Source: Eledone cirrhosa
Taxonomy: Eukaryota
Assembly (NCBI GenBank): GCA_964016885.1
Contig: OZ024740.1
Span: 92,008,001 to 92,072,000, forward strand
DNA: 64,000 nucleotides
Reading direction: 5' to 3'
Under the pieces are notes generated by a model. It saw nothing but the letters and a program-made list of their open reading frames with translations. It was not told the DNA's origin and made no database searches. A program made the translations under genes and the position numbers. This document shows positions 26,567-39,182 of this stretch, piece after piece; the first letter of the stretch is position 1; each line of letters opens with the position of its first letter.

Positions 26567-28837
26567 TTAAACCTTATTTAATGTTGGTCTATATTTTTGA
26601 ATAAACATATTTTCCTTAGTTATTCGCATTTGTTCTGTTGTATTGTTAGCGCAAAGGTAAAATGGGAAGACTTGGAATGTGGGTGTCTTATTACTTGCGC
26701 AAATGTCTAGATGTGCACTTAGTGGTATCTGTCTCGTGGTTGGATCTCGTAATTGTTGGCGATGAACTGTCATTCTGTTTCTGAGTGTGAGTTTAGTTTG
26801 TCCTATATAATCTTCATTGCATCCTTTACATTTAATGGCATAAAGTAGATTTTTTGATGAGCAAGTGAAGTGATTTTTTACAGTAAAATGTTGTCCTGAT
26901 TTAAATGTATACGTGTTGCCTTCAATGAGGTGAGTGCAGGTTCCACAATTAGAGCGACCACATTTTTTGATACTTGGTTGTGGGTTTGTGGTAGGTGATT
27001 TGGCATTGGTGAGTAATGTTTTCAGTGATTTTGGTTGTCTTTTGCTTTTGATTATTTTGTGTGTTTCAAGGGCTTTTTTCATTCTTGGGTTTTGTTTTAG
27101 TAGTGGGATGTTATTGTGAATAGTGTTGTAAGCTTCCGCATTTCTTGGGTTGTGTGTTGAGATATATGATAGAATATTGGACGTACCTTGAATTTGTTTC
27201 TGTTCCCGTAATTCATCAATGCCTATTGCTTTAGCCCTTTCTATTCCATTATTTATTAGTAATAGTGGGTACTCTCTCTCAAGTAGAATTTCCTTTAATT
27301 CTTGAAGTCTTTTATTTCGCGTTTCATAATTGGAGACAATTGTGCACATTCTTCTTGCTAGGTTAAAAGGAATGTTCGTCTTCTTGTGTTTTGGATGGTT
27401 GGAGGTGAATAGCAGATATTGTTTGGAATCCGTTGGTTTGTAGTGTATGTCAGATTCGATATTTGTGTCTTTTTTTGTGATTAAGATGTCCAGAAATGGG
27501 AGTTGATCTTGGCTGTATTCCATTGTGAATTGGATGTGGTTATTGATGCCGTTTATTAAGTTTTTGAAATCCTTTAGTTGGTCGAGTGTGTGGGACCAAA
27601 GAATGAAGCAATCATCCAAGTAGCGTTTCCAATTCTCTGATAAATATTTGTGGAAGTTCAATCCGTATTTTGATTTGGACTGTTCATATATCTGGACTTC
27701 TAAGTATGCCATGACTAAGTTGGCATAAGTTGGAGCGGCTTTTGTGCCCATCGCAGTCCCCGATATTTGCTTGTAAGTATTGCCATCGAAATCAAAAAAG
27801 TTGTTCTGTAGGATGAATTTTAATACCTCGGTGATGAAGCTTTTTTCTATTCTGTCAGGTATCTCATTGGTATATTTCTCAAGCCAGAATCCTATTGCTT
27901 CTAGTCCGTATTGGTATGGGATCGTTGTGTAGAGATTCACTACATCGAAAGACACAATAATAGTGTCGTTGTTGACATGTTTGAGGAGGTGGTTTAAGAG
28001 GTCCAGATCGTCTCTTACAAGGCTTGGTATGTGTTTCAGTATTGGTTTCAGTAGTATGTCTATAAAGTTGCTCAATCTGTGTGTTTCACATTGTGGGCCC
28101 GCTACAATTGGTCTTAATTTAAGGTCTGTGGGGTATTGTGTGTTCATGCAGGCTGAGGTGGATTGTTTACAGGCATCGTTGATTATTTTACATTTGTGGA
28201 TCTTCGGAAGTCCGTAAAGGTTGCTGGTTTTGTATTCAAAATTTGTTAAATAATCGCGTTCCTTTTTAGTTACGTCTTCCTGGTATCGATAAATCAGTGT
28301 GTTTAATTTGGTCATTATTTTTGATTGCTGGTAGTTTTTTACTCTTTCATAGTAATTAGCATTTTGTAAGAGAGAGAACATAGAATTTTTATATTTTTCA
28401 GCCTCCATAATGACAACAGTACTTCCCTTGTCCGCTTCCTTAATTACAATGTCCGGATTGTTTTTTAGTTCATGGATAATCTCCCATTCCCTTCGACTTG
28501 TGTTGGGTTTGGGTTTAGGTTGCGGTAGTTCATGGTATGGGCAGGTAGCTATGTGGTCACAAAATTTGTCCAGAACTCTGTTTTTACCTTTTGTTGGGTT
28601 GTAGCTGCTTTTATTCCCTACAATTGATTGGTCGTTATTCTCCTTGTCAAAGAATTCCTCTGTGAGACGTAATTTTCTACAGAAGTGTGAGATATCGTCA
28701 TTTATCTCGTTGGGGTTAGGATATTGTGGTGTTGGTGTGAATTTCAGACCTTTGGAGAGAATTTTTACTTCTTGGGTTGAGAGGTTTGTATTTGAAATGT
28801 TAATTATTTTCGGTTTTTCAAAATCGGTTTGTGCCAC
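26567..28837 (-). CDS. Penelope-like element RT + GIY-YIG endonuclease (Neptune-like), uninterrupted frame
   Basis: LSKGLKFTPTP, IKEADKG, LYGLPKIHK, RPIVAG, SFDVVNLYT, GTAMGTKAAPTYANL, RYLDD, PFLD, KPTD; Zn motif CGRSNCGTC; NLLYAIKC...YIGQT...RNRMTVH; E...YRPTLN. No ATG near the 5' end. Confidence 0.95.
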   Translation of the reverse strand: MAQTDFEKPKIINISNTNLSTQEVKILSKGLKFTPTPQYPNPNEINDDISHFCRKLRLTEEFFDKENNDQSIVGNKSSYNPTKGKNRVLDKFCDHIATCPYHELPQPKPKPNTSRREWEIIHELKNNPDIVIKEADKGSTVVIMEAEKYKNSMFSLLQNANYYERVKNYQQSKIMTKLNTLIYRYQEDVTKKERDYLTNFEYKTSNLYGLPKIHKCKIINDACKQSTSACMNTQYPTDLKLRPIVAGPQCETHRLSNFIDILLKPILKHIPSLVRDDLDLLNHLLKHVNNDTIIVSFDVVNLYTTIPYQYGLEAIGFWLEKYTNEIPDRIEKSFITEVLKFILQNNFFDFDGNTYKQISGTAMGTKAAPTYANLVMAYLEVQIYEQSKSKYGLNFHKYLSENWKRYLDDCFILWSHTLDQLKDFKNLINGINNHIQFTMEYSQDQLPFLDILITKKDTNIESDIHYKPTDSKQYLLFTSNHPKHKKTNIPFNLARRMCTIVSNYETRNKRLQELKEILLEREYPLLLINNGIERAKAIGIDELREQKQIQGTSNILSYISTHNPRNAEAYNTIHNNIPLLKQNPRMKKALETHKIIKSKRQPKSLKTLLTNAKSPTTNPQPSIKKCGRSNCGTCTHLIEGNTYTFKSGQHFTVKNHFTCSSKNLLYAIKCKGCNEDYIGQTKLTLRNRMTVHRQQLRDPTTRQIPLSAHLDICASNKTPTFQVFPFYLCANNTTEQMRITKENMFIQKYRPTLNKV

Positions 28838-29645
28838 CGGGTGTCGTGAGTCCTGTAGCCTTGGTCTAAAAAATGATTTTTCTGGAATGTTTTTTCATTG
28901 GTATTATTATATATAATGGTATTTCCCCTGTCGTTGTATGGTCTTGTATAGAAGTTTCGGACGTATTGAGGTTCGGTTTGTTGATAGTCCGGGTTGTAGA
29001 TTTGGTTCCTTTGTGTGGGTTGGGATCTATGGTTTTGGAACAGGCTCTGTGTGGGCAGGGGTCTACGGTTTTGGAATAGGTTTTGTGTGGGTTGTGATCT
29101 GCGGATCAGGTCCTGCCTTGTGTTCGGGGATCTTTGGTTTTTGTTAGTAGGGTTATAGTTTTGTCTATGGTTTCTGGGATTATCGTTATAGTTTTGCTGG
29201 GGGTATGTTGGACGTTTTGTTACTTTTTTTGTTATTTGTTGTGCATGTGGTGTGTGAGTTTTAGTTTGTTTTAAAAATGGGTTACCTGTATGTTGTTCAC
29301 TTTTGAAGTCCATTTCGTAGTTGTTGAACCAGGTGGCGTTTTTTTCCCATCGCTGGAGGGATGTGAGTTCTTCATCCTCACAGTTTTCTTTCCAAAGTTT
29401 TAGGGTTTTTTTGTAGAGTAGGCCTTCAGAGTGCTTTGAGATTTCTGTGTCCATCTGTTGGTCGATGACTTGAATTTTTCTTCGTTGGAGTTGGCTCTTA
29501 ATCGCAACAGTTCTATTTCTGTTTTAAATTTTTCCAATGCCATCTTTTCCCTAAGTCTTTGTTGGTTTTCTGGTTCATTCGGGATGGGTTTTATTTGGAG
29601 TTTTTTGGGGAGGATGATTGGGGTAGAGTTTAGCCACTTTGGGAG
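28804..29645 (-). CDS. Upstream ORF1 of the PLE (charged helical N-part, Q/N/R-rich tail); 5'-truncated with one frameshift near 29460
   Basis: ORF 28804..29454, plus an upstream frame reading KWLNSTPIILPKKLQIKPIPNEPENQQRLREKMALEKFKTEIELLRLRA. Overlaps the RT frame in the -1 phase. Confidence 0.7.
28833..28873 (-). promoter_or_regulatory. Candidate programmed -1 ribosomal frameshift signal
   Basis: ORF1 codons CAT TTT TTA give U_UUU_UUA (28873-28867), then a 7-nt spacer and hairpin GCUAC-A-GG...CC-G-GUGGC (28859-28833). Confidence 0.7.
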
Positions 29646-29689
29646 ATTATTACATATAAAAGTTTACACATATATATACATATATATAC

Positions 29690-30181
29690 ATATACGTGTT
29701 ATGCAACTGGTCACTTTGTGGCTCAATGAAAATTTAATACATTAAATAATCAGAGCTATATATCATAAAACATGTCTATAGAATCACAAGATAAACTATA
29801 TACCATTTCCTCTCCCAATTAGCATAATTACCTATATAAAAAATCGAATATACCAGGCTATTTTCTCCTAGTTTATTTTACACCTAATTCTGTTTAGTTC
29901 ACTGAATCTGGGCGATTACGCTGTCGAAATATTCGATAAAAATTTCGCTGCGGCCGACGCGAAGGGCTAGTTTCGGTTATTTGTCGGAGATTTCTTCATA
30001 GAAGCCTCACTCTTTTAGCCTGGTCTATTCGATTTTTGATATAGTTAATTATGCTAATTGGAGGAGGATATGGTATATATTTTATCTTGTGATTCTATAG
30101 ACATGTTTTATGATATATAGCCCTGATTATTTAATTTATTAATTTTTCATTGAGCCACAAAGTGACCAGTTGCAAAACACG

Positions 30182-30184
<3 letters not shown>
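29690..30184. mobile_element. Foldback/MITE with ~170-bp terminal inverted repeats, in (TA)n
   Basis: tacgtgttatgcaactggtcac...accaggcta (29690-29860) is inverted at 30016-30184; TA flanks. Confidence 0.85.
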
Positions 30185-30269
<85 letters not shown>

Positions 30270-30271
30270 CG

Positions 30272-30333
<62 letters not shown>

Positions 30334-30541
30334 TATATATAGGTATATCCATATAAATAAATAAATTAAAATATATACATATAGATATATATAATCTGGG
30401 TTTTTCGAATATTAATAATAATAATATAAATGCAATCTGAGTTTTTCGAATATTAATAATAACATTCGATTCGCTGCAAACAAGCCTAAATTTTGAAGCC
30501 ATATCAGTAGAATGAACCCTTCATTCTTGCTCTTTTTTTGG

Positions 30542-30600
30542 CATGTAAACAGAACTGCAGACACTAATGATTTTGGGTATCACCCTTCATCAGTACAGCC
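30542..30600 (-). ncRNA. Hammerhead, paralog of 3903-3950 (GAAA mutated)
   Basis: Minus strand: GCTGTA CTGATGA A GGG TGATA CCC AAAAT CATTAGTG TC TGCAG. Confidence 0.6.
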
Positions 30601-30979
30601 CACGGTCCACCTGCCAACTGTCAGAGTTAGTGAAAATATATGCTATTTTCTAAAATATACAGTCACTGATCGGCCTGATTATCATATTACGAGATTGGCT
30701 AATCAGTCAGATTTGCCTATTAGCAGATCCACAGAGCAGCGAGATTTGTATATCAGCAAAGTGGCCAGTCAGGTTCCTGTATACGAGCGATAAATGGCCG
30801 GCTTAGCCATATTCAAATAAAAATAGAAACATTTCGCTCTACATGGCTGAATACAATACGTGTAATCTGAGTTTTTCGAATATTAATAATAGCATTCGAT
30901 TAGTTTGCAATTATGCATCGAGCCTCAATTTTAAAGCCACGTCAGTAGAATGAACTCTTCATTCTTGCTCTTGTGTGGG

Positions 30980-31051
30980 CATGTAAACAGAACTGCAGAC
31001 ACTAATGTTTCTGGGAATCACCCTGCATCAGTACAGCTTCCTGTTCACATG
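30980..31051 (-). ncRNA. Hammerhead, paralog of 4251-4316 (A9C), ~18-bp stem I
   Basis: Minus strand: CATGTGAACAGGA AG CTGTA CTGATGC A GGG TGATT CCC A GAAA CATTAGTG TC TGCAG TTCTGTTT ACATG. Confidence 0.7.
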
Positions 31052-34000
31052 GTAGGTGTAAAAGCCAAAATGATACAAGTGCCACAAAATATAAGATGTT
31101 GTAACTTCTGTTTTTTGTTGATTACAAGAAATACAATAATAAGTGTAATATTAGATGTTATATTTGTTTAATTATAAGTGGTAGAATATTATTTCGAGGT
31201 AAATAATGTTACAAGGCCGGGTTTATTTTGTAATTATTTGCACATGTCCTGGTGTTTACTCCTTTATTGTATGTAAAAAGGAAACAGCATAATACTTTGA
31301 CAATTTTAGAAATATAATAATGTATTTTATTATCCATTCCCCAAATATTTTGCATGTGTTCACCTTAATTCTATTTGTTTATCGGTTTGAAATATTTATA
31401 TTTATTTGGCTATTTTCATTTTAGCTCCATTTATTGTTTTTGTATCCTTCCAATATGTCATTTATATCTTATTTTTTTATACTTTAATTTTTATTTCAAC
31501 ATTTTTCTCAATTGCTCGTTATGTTCTGTTTAATGTTTTTTTTCTGTTTCTTTCCATTTTTGGTTACCTCGTTTTTCTAATCTACCTTTGAATCGTGCTT
31601 TATTTAACGGGCATTGAAATATATGTTTATACTTTTCCTTATATTTAACAAAATATTATGATTAAACTGACCGGCCATAACATTTGAGAAAATTAAATAA
31701 AATCTTGTAAATTGTTTTATTTTGATTGTTCTTACCATATTAGTTTATTTACCATTTACACTCCCTTTCACACTTTTTGTACAAATATCATGGGTGTAAT
31801 TCATTTAGTTTGGTCAACACAAATAGTAGAGTGGGATAATAATGGGACGGCCTAAACGACATGCAAAAGTACCCGAAATCCAATCACAGCCGTCTATTGG
31901 CACATATTCTCAATTGACCATACTTAAATATGGAACTATACGCGATGGCATTTTTGGTTTTTACCAACGCATATATTATATATGTGGAAAGATTGTACTG
32001 TGTAATTTTAGAGATATGTCTATGTGGATACTAGAAGTTCATGGTCCACATTGTGGCTCTTCCTTTTCTAAATCATTCTGCTGCTGACAAACATACAATC
32101 AACGCACATAAACTAGCTGATCGTTCTTTTTTAACAGCAGTTTTAACTGCCACTATAAGGATATGAACTGTATGAAATGAAGGAAGTTACCTTTTATATT
32201 AGAGAAACGACTGGGAAATCTGATGCCAAATAAAATATATGTATTCGAGATTTATTCGTCATTTTCTCTCCTCTGTCTTACAGTAATGTTATTTACATCG
32301 TAAATCAGGTAAATATTGTTTGTGGAAAAGAACAAATATTTAGACTGTGCCCAGCCAATACATTTGAAAATATCAAACATCATTTTGTTTCTCTTATACT
32401 CATAAATGATTTTCTTTTCTGTTCATAAGTCACCTGTATGTATAAACACACAAGCAAACATATTATCCATCAATCGCGCACACAAACTATTTTGATTCAT
32501 CCAGACTATATAAATGGAAGCTTTCACATATATACACTCATATAACATGTTCGCGTATTGTGTTTTATACACACATCAACACACACATGCCTACACACTT
32601 CTGTACAAATATGAAAATACACATTATCAATTGACTCATTAAAACCTGTACATGGAGATACGAAAACATGACAAGACGTACGCAATTAATTTATTGTCTG
32701 GGAAGCAGTTTTCTCGTATAAAAACAACATTACTTTCTAACGACATTTGCCACTTATTTTTATACACTTAATTCGTGATCTTCAGAGAAACAACATGCCT
32801 ACTCCAATTTTACACTAATTTTAATATTTTGTTTTCCTTCACACAACGTACAATTAATTATATTTTACCTCCTGTATTTTTACATATAAGAGACAATGTT
32901 GACAATACTTGAGTTTAGAGTTAAATGAGAGTATGTAACAATATGTTACTGAGACTATTGAGTAAGAATAATCTTGTTTTCTTAGATTATATATTCACAA
33001 TATACAGTATAATGTAAGGAAAAATGGTTTCATTGAGATGAGAGGTAATTTCGAGATAAACGAAAGATTGTTTAGAGTTAAACAATTTATAAAATATGAG
33101 AGTATATTATTGGAAACAAAATGTAAATAGAAGTGCAAAAAAAAAACATGTCCGAAGCCGCTTATATTATTCTCGTAAAACCAAATCTATTGATGTCAAA
33201 TCTTGATACGAGTTTAAGATAATACGTATATTATATTGTATGGCATTAAAAGATTTGATTATAATTATCATAGAAACAACCTTGTCAAACTTCCTAATGA
33301 CAGTTATGTATAAGAAAAGAATATAGTAATTAGGAAATAACGCTGAAATGTATTACCTAGTTTTCACATGAATTACCTGTTCCTAAATGCATACTAAGTG
33401 AATACTGCATAGCATCATATTTGTTTATATGATATAAAGAATGCATTAACCTAATCACATATTTTCTATTAAATTCCCGGTAATGAAAACTTGTGATTAA
33501 GATACAGAGAGTCGGTTGATTGATTTACACGGATCGAATCTACGGTACCACTACAGAAAATACGCTGTGAGCTTTTCTGTTTGTATAATGATATTCAGGA
33601 ATATGATTACAATTAGGTTTTGTAAAATGGCATTTCTCATATATCCAAGCCATGTTCGAGAAATATAACATAATTTCATTATCAATACTGAAGAATTCTT
33701 CAGTATTGCTTTTCGAGCAATACTGAAGCAATACTTAAATCAATACTAAAGGATTCTTCAGTATTGCGTTTCGAGTGAGTGAAGATGAATATAGATATTT
33801 AGCATATTTAGTTAAGTACTTGCCCATTTAATCTGTTATAAACGATAGGTAATGGATGCTTACCATGCTGTGCATTTGAAGAAAGTTATTAGACATATCA
33901 TATGAATACATGATTGCTAATCACATACTGTGATTTCATAGCATATTAGTATTTAAAATTAAGTTAGATATTGCTTTTGTTCAGTTGATATCTTTTGACT

Positions 34001-34428
34001 GTTTAGAATATATTTGGAAATATATTTGGAAGATGGTTTCACTACATTGGCACTCAGGTTTAAAGTATGAATGATCATTACATTTTAGCTGCGCTCGCAG
34101 TTCATTGTAATTTCATTGTTCGTATATATGACATACAGGGGTTGGACAAAATAATGGAAACAGCTAGCATCATAGAGAAAGAAATTAATGTCGTTTGTCA
34201 GTACATGTAGACACTTCAAGTCCGGGACATTCCTCAACCTATATGGACAATAACAACAACGAGTCCAAGATAAACCACCGCTACACATTCACCACCCTTA
34301 CTCCTGCCTCGATCGACTCTTATAGCAACACATACTTATACATATGTCCATGTATAGACACTATTGTTTACAATTATACATACTTAGATACTTGCATGTA
34401 TTAGTATGTGTGGGTGTATGTATATATA

Positions 34429-34469
<41 letters not shown>

Positions 34470-37400
34470 GGACGCACCTGAGCATGCGTTTGTGCGTGTG
34501 TGCTCGTTGCAAGAAACACACGCACAAACGCAGGCGTTGACATACACACATATGTACTTTATGCCGAAATAGGAACTGTAGTCCTTTGCATTTCCGGATT
34601 TTGACACTCAGGTTTTTCGTATTTTACACTCACTTTTATCTCATTTGCTCTTAAAACACACCACCCGGTGATAGTGTAAGAATTCTAATTCTTTACACTT
34701 CTCGATTCTGACACACATGTTTTCTCCGTCAGTTAATATATTTCAAATCTTTCAAATTTTGATATCGGTTGTAACACACACTTATGTTTTTATTTGTATT
34801 TGTGTGGCACCCCCACCACGTGAAATGGTGGAAGGATATATGCCAACCTACACACAAATTCTTCTGAACATAGCAGCACCACACTAAAACTGACCTGCCA
34901 GCTGACCCCTTAACACCACTACCACTACTAACACAATGGACCAGGTCAGCTGTACCTAAACATAAACTACTACAACAGATTATCTTGCCTCAGAAAAATG
35001 TCTATAGACTTTTGCCTGAGGAATGTTCTCACAACTGACCAATGGGATGCGAGCGTGTCCTATGACGCCGAAATTATTTTGTTCTAACTCATATGACTCC
35101 AGTTCCTAAGAGAAATAACAACAATACCAGGAGCCGGACATATCGATGGATTGACGGAGTAAAACACATTTAATCAACATGTGTACCTGGCCACGCACAC
35201 CAATTCGGACTGTCTGAAGAGGTCACAGCCAATGATAGCTCTTACGTAAATATATATTTCGATGATAGCCATCTATAATTTGTAATAAACGAATCAAAAT
35301 TTTACTTATTTGACCCATCATTTCTATCATTATTATTATGTCGGTTATCGTAATGATATGCTTTCCATCTGATTCTACGGATAAAGTCATTAGTTCTGTG
35401 TATCATACCGAGCTTATATTCCTTATTTCTCGGCATAGATATGTTTTATAAGGACATTCCTATGTAGAATTACATAAAAAATACAAGAAAACTACAGAGT
35501 CTACACTCAATAACATTAAGAAGGAGGTATACATAGTGAAAAATACTTAAAATATCCGATAGAACCGAACCTCTAATCCCTTGTAAACCCACTTTTAATC
35601 TGAAGGATCATAAATGTAACTTCGAAACTGACCCTATGTCCATCGATATCAGATATAGGCAAAATTAGCAAGTTTATGCTAGATAGGATAATACTATAAA
35701 TTAAAGAAAAGCAAATAATTAAGCTCTGGGGTAACACTAATGAAGCAAATGATTGGATAAATAAGACAATAGAGAATCTTCCGACTTCATACCATTTGAC
35801 ATTAATAACTACTACTCTTCTATTTACCCAGTAACCCTAAATAAGGCACTATCCTTTGCATAAAACAAATCTGACCTGTCACCAGAGGAAATTAAAATAA
35901 TACTAGCTGCTAGAAGAACAATCATTATATTCGACAATAGTTACCGGGAAGAAAAAATAGACAAAACAGCTTCGATATAAATATGGCGTCAAATGATTCA
36001 GCCCAAGTTACGGACATTGTCGGAATATATATATAGCACATATCTTACATAAGGAATTTGATAACCTACACAGAGGAATGTATAGAGACAATACATTACA
36101 TTTAGCTAAAAACCTAAATAATCAAAACTTAGAAATTTTACGGAAAAAGTTTAGAATGTTTTTTAATAAATTAGGCCTTAACATAACTTTTGAAGTCAAC
36201 TCTAAAAAAGCTAACTTCTTAGATGTATCGCTTAACCGAAACACTGCACTAATAGAACCCTTCCATAAAAATAATAAAAATTTAGCTTACATTAATTATA
36301 ACTCTAATCATCCTCGATCCACATTTAACTCCATAGCACATAGTATATCCCTTAGAATCTCACGCCTATCTTCTAATCTAGAGATTATTAACGAACACGC
36401 TAACTACTACAACAGGGCTTTAATTAAGGCAGGCCATAAAGAGAGACTCAAATACATAGCAGATACAAAAAATAACAACACACTTAATAGAAATAACCCT
36501 ATCCACACATATAGAAGCAAGAAATCTAGGACTAAACATAGAAATTGGCAAAAAACACGAGAATTAATTGAACAGAATACTAATATAAAGACCACTAGTA
36601 ACTATAGAAGATGCAGAGATAGAAAGTACTTATGGTTCAATCCAGTATTTAACTCCTCTATAAAAACAAATCTACCTTACACTTTCTTCAAATTAGTTGA
36701 CAAACACTTCCCTAAAACTCATAAATATTATAAAATATTTAATAGAAAAGCTCTCAAACTATCATACTCCACTGCCAACAACATAGAATCGCACATACAT
36801 AAAATTAACTATAAAATAATTTATAATACAACTAGCCACCAAATAAGTACCATAACACCAAATACAAAACACAAGCATACAACATCATCACAACCAAAAA
36901 CACATCAGAAAACATCAACACGATACATCAACAAACCCAATTCTCGGCCCGTACATAACAACTTGTAAAACCATATCGAAGAACCGGCACATAGAAAGGC
37001 ATCTAAATATAACTGCCATGAACTTGACAAATGCCCATTACAAAATAGATGCCTGGAGTCAAATATAGTGAACTTATGTACTATGAATACAGGCACCTTA
37101 GCATGGCACTACATAGGTACCACAGCAGGCGAGTTTAAGAAAAGGTAGTATGTCCATAGACACTCTATGAATAACAGGAATCTCATAAATACAACAACAC
37201 TGGCCAATAAAATCTGGTAACTCACAGATGCAAAGATGGAATATAAAATCTGTTGGACGAAGCTATCAACAGCAATAGCCTATCGAATTGGCATGTCCCA
37301 CTGTGGTCTTTGTAATAAGGAGCTTTTCCAAATTTTAAATTACAACCAAATGCTACTTAACTGTATAATTTAAAGAACTATTTTCTGTAGGAATAAAACG

Positions 37401-37754
37401 GCGACCAAATTTGAGAAATTTAGACGAGCTTAATTCATCTAATCTATTCCATAACCAACATTGTACCAATTACATCTATTATAATATCCCATTATCATCA
37501 TTATTATTATGATTGTCGTCATCTATCAACATCTTATACTTTACATTCATATATTATATATCTCTCTCTTTCACTTTCTATCTTTGTATTTCTCTCCCTA
37601 AATTTATTACATCTCTGACATTTTATCTTATTTTATCTTATCATACTATTTTCACTTCTAATATAATTTACAACTAATTAATCAAATAATTAATTAATTA
37701 TATAATTAATTTATTAAAATAACCAATACACACTTAAATATATTTAACATTATC

Positions 37755-37922
37755 AGTAGAGGGTCGGACGCCATGCTTTCCAGCAAATATACGTCCCTAT
37801 ACGGACTGAGTTCAAATCCCGCCGAGGTTAACTTTGCCTTTCATCCTTACAGGGTCGATAAAATAAAGTACCAGTAATACACTCGAGTAATTGCTGGCCT
37901 TGTGCCAAATGTAGAAACAATT
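37755..37922 (+). mobile_element. tRNA-derived SINE
   Basis: Same B box and body as the other copies. Confidence 0.85.
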
Positions 37923-38401
37923 ATCATGTTTATACCTTCGTATCTCTCAATATTTTAACCACTCTCAATAACCACTTTCAATAATCTTTCAATAATATTT
38001 AAATTTCTTCGCATATTTTTACTTATTTATTTTCATATTTTGTATTATTTTGTATCATCCTCGATGTAACTTGTTTATTTATTTATTTACATGTATTCAT
38101 GTATTAAAATGTATTCATTTATTTTTTATATCATTATTTTCCCTCTATTTTTTTTTTCTCTACCTTTATTTCTCCTTTATCCTTTTCTCTCCTCTTTCTA
38201 TCCTCCTTTCTCTATGTCTTTTTTTCTCGCTATATCTTTCTCTGTTTTCCTTTCTCCTTTTCTTCTTTTTTTCTTTTTTCTTTTTCTTTCTTTCTTTTAT
38301 CTATCTCGCTTTCTTTTTTTCTCACTCAATCTTTATCGTTAATATTATTAATGATGCTGTAATTTGAATTTGTAAATTTACTGGTTATATTTTGTGTAGT
38401 T

Positions 38402-38508
38402 GTCTCTGATGATCTGATTGCTCTAACATCGTATGATGAAATTGAGTAGCACTGCTTCTAGTGTTCAGCACATTTTAGACAACTTAATCAGCGAAACAAT
38501 TGTTAGAC
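38402..38508 (+). ncRNA. Hammerhead with a large stem II insertion
   Basis: GTCT CTGATGA T CTGATT...AATCAG C GAAA CAATTG TT AGAC. Confidence 0.75.
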
Positions 38509-38561
38509 TGTAAATAAATCCCTTTTCTGTACTGTTGACCATGTTGTTCTTCACTTTTTTC

Positions 38562-38607
<46 letters not shown>

Positions 38608-39130
38608 GTAATAATTATTTTTTTCAGGTGTGTCAGGCGTTTCGTGATTGATCAGCTCAGGTTTCGATGACTATGGATCGGACCCGTCTCTGGAATAAAA
38701 AGCTATTCAGGCTTCTGTTAGTTTAATGAAGAAATGATTCCCGTTCAGCGTTAAAAAATATATATGTTTTCATTCATTTGTTGGGTTCAATTTTACTTTG
38801 TTTTGATTGGCTGTTTTTAGAGAAACCATGTGGGAAAGAGTAATGAAAGAAGGAGAAAGAAAAAATGGAATGAGAAGATGAAAAATTGACAGTGAGGTAA
38901 ATCTAGGGGTAGAGGTTGAGATTGAGGTATATATATATGTGATGTGAGTCATAAGGAATGATGAGGTGCGATAGCAAAACACAGGCAGGAGAGTGTGGAA
39001 GTGGGTGGAGGGGTAGTTCAAAGGAAGTCCAAAAAATTGTTGTGTTTGAGACGTTAGAGAATAAACATAGAAGTAGGAATATGTGGGGATAAATAAAATA
39101 AATAAATAAATAATAGAAGATAAATGCTGA

Positions 39131-39182
<52 letters not shown>

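Larger units (their letters stand above)
30342..36580 (+). repeat. Segmental duplication copy B
   Basis: Paralog of 3738-12091. Lacks the SINE, the piggyBac MITE and ~1.75 kb matching about 7657-9400. Confidence 0.92.
35340..38545 (+). mobile_element. Decayed long PLE (RT, linker, GIY-YIG, T-rich 3' UTR, HHR), tentatively Naiad-like
   Basis: FDINNYYSSI; GMYRDNTL (catalytic DD changed to DN); ORF 36078..36968 with ANFLDV, SNHPRS, WFNPVF, KHFPKTHKYYKIFN; CPLQNRCLESNIV and YIGTT near 37030-37125; several stops and frameshifts. Confidence 0.9.

Noticed and set aside
26934-29147. Plus-strand ORFs overlapping the PLE (26934, 27963, 28410, 28644, 28873, 28938)
   Set aside because: Antisense shadows of the real minus-strand frames, with no motifs.
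35209-35260. Hammerhead paralog of 10344
   Set aside because: Stem II, GAAA and the 3' arm of stem I are disrupted; a dead relic, so not listed as a feature.
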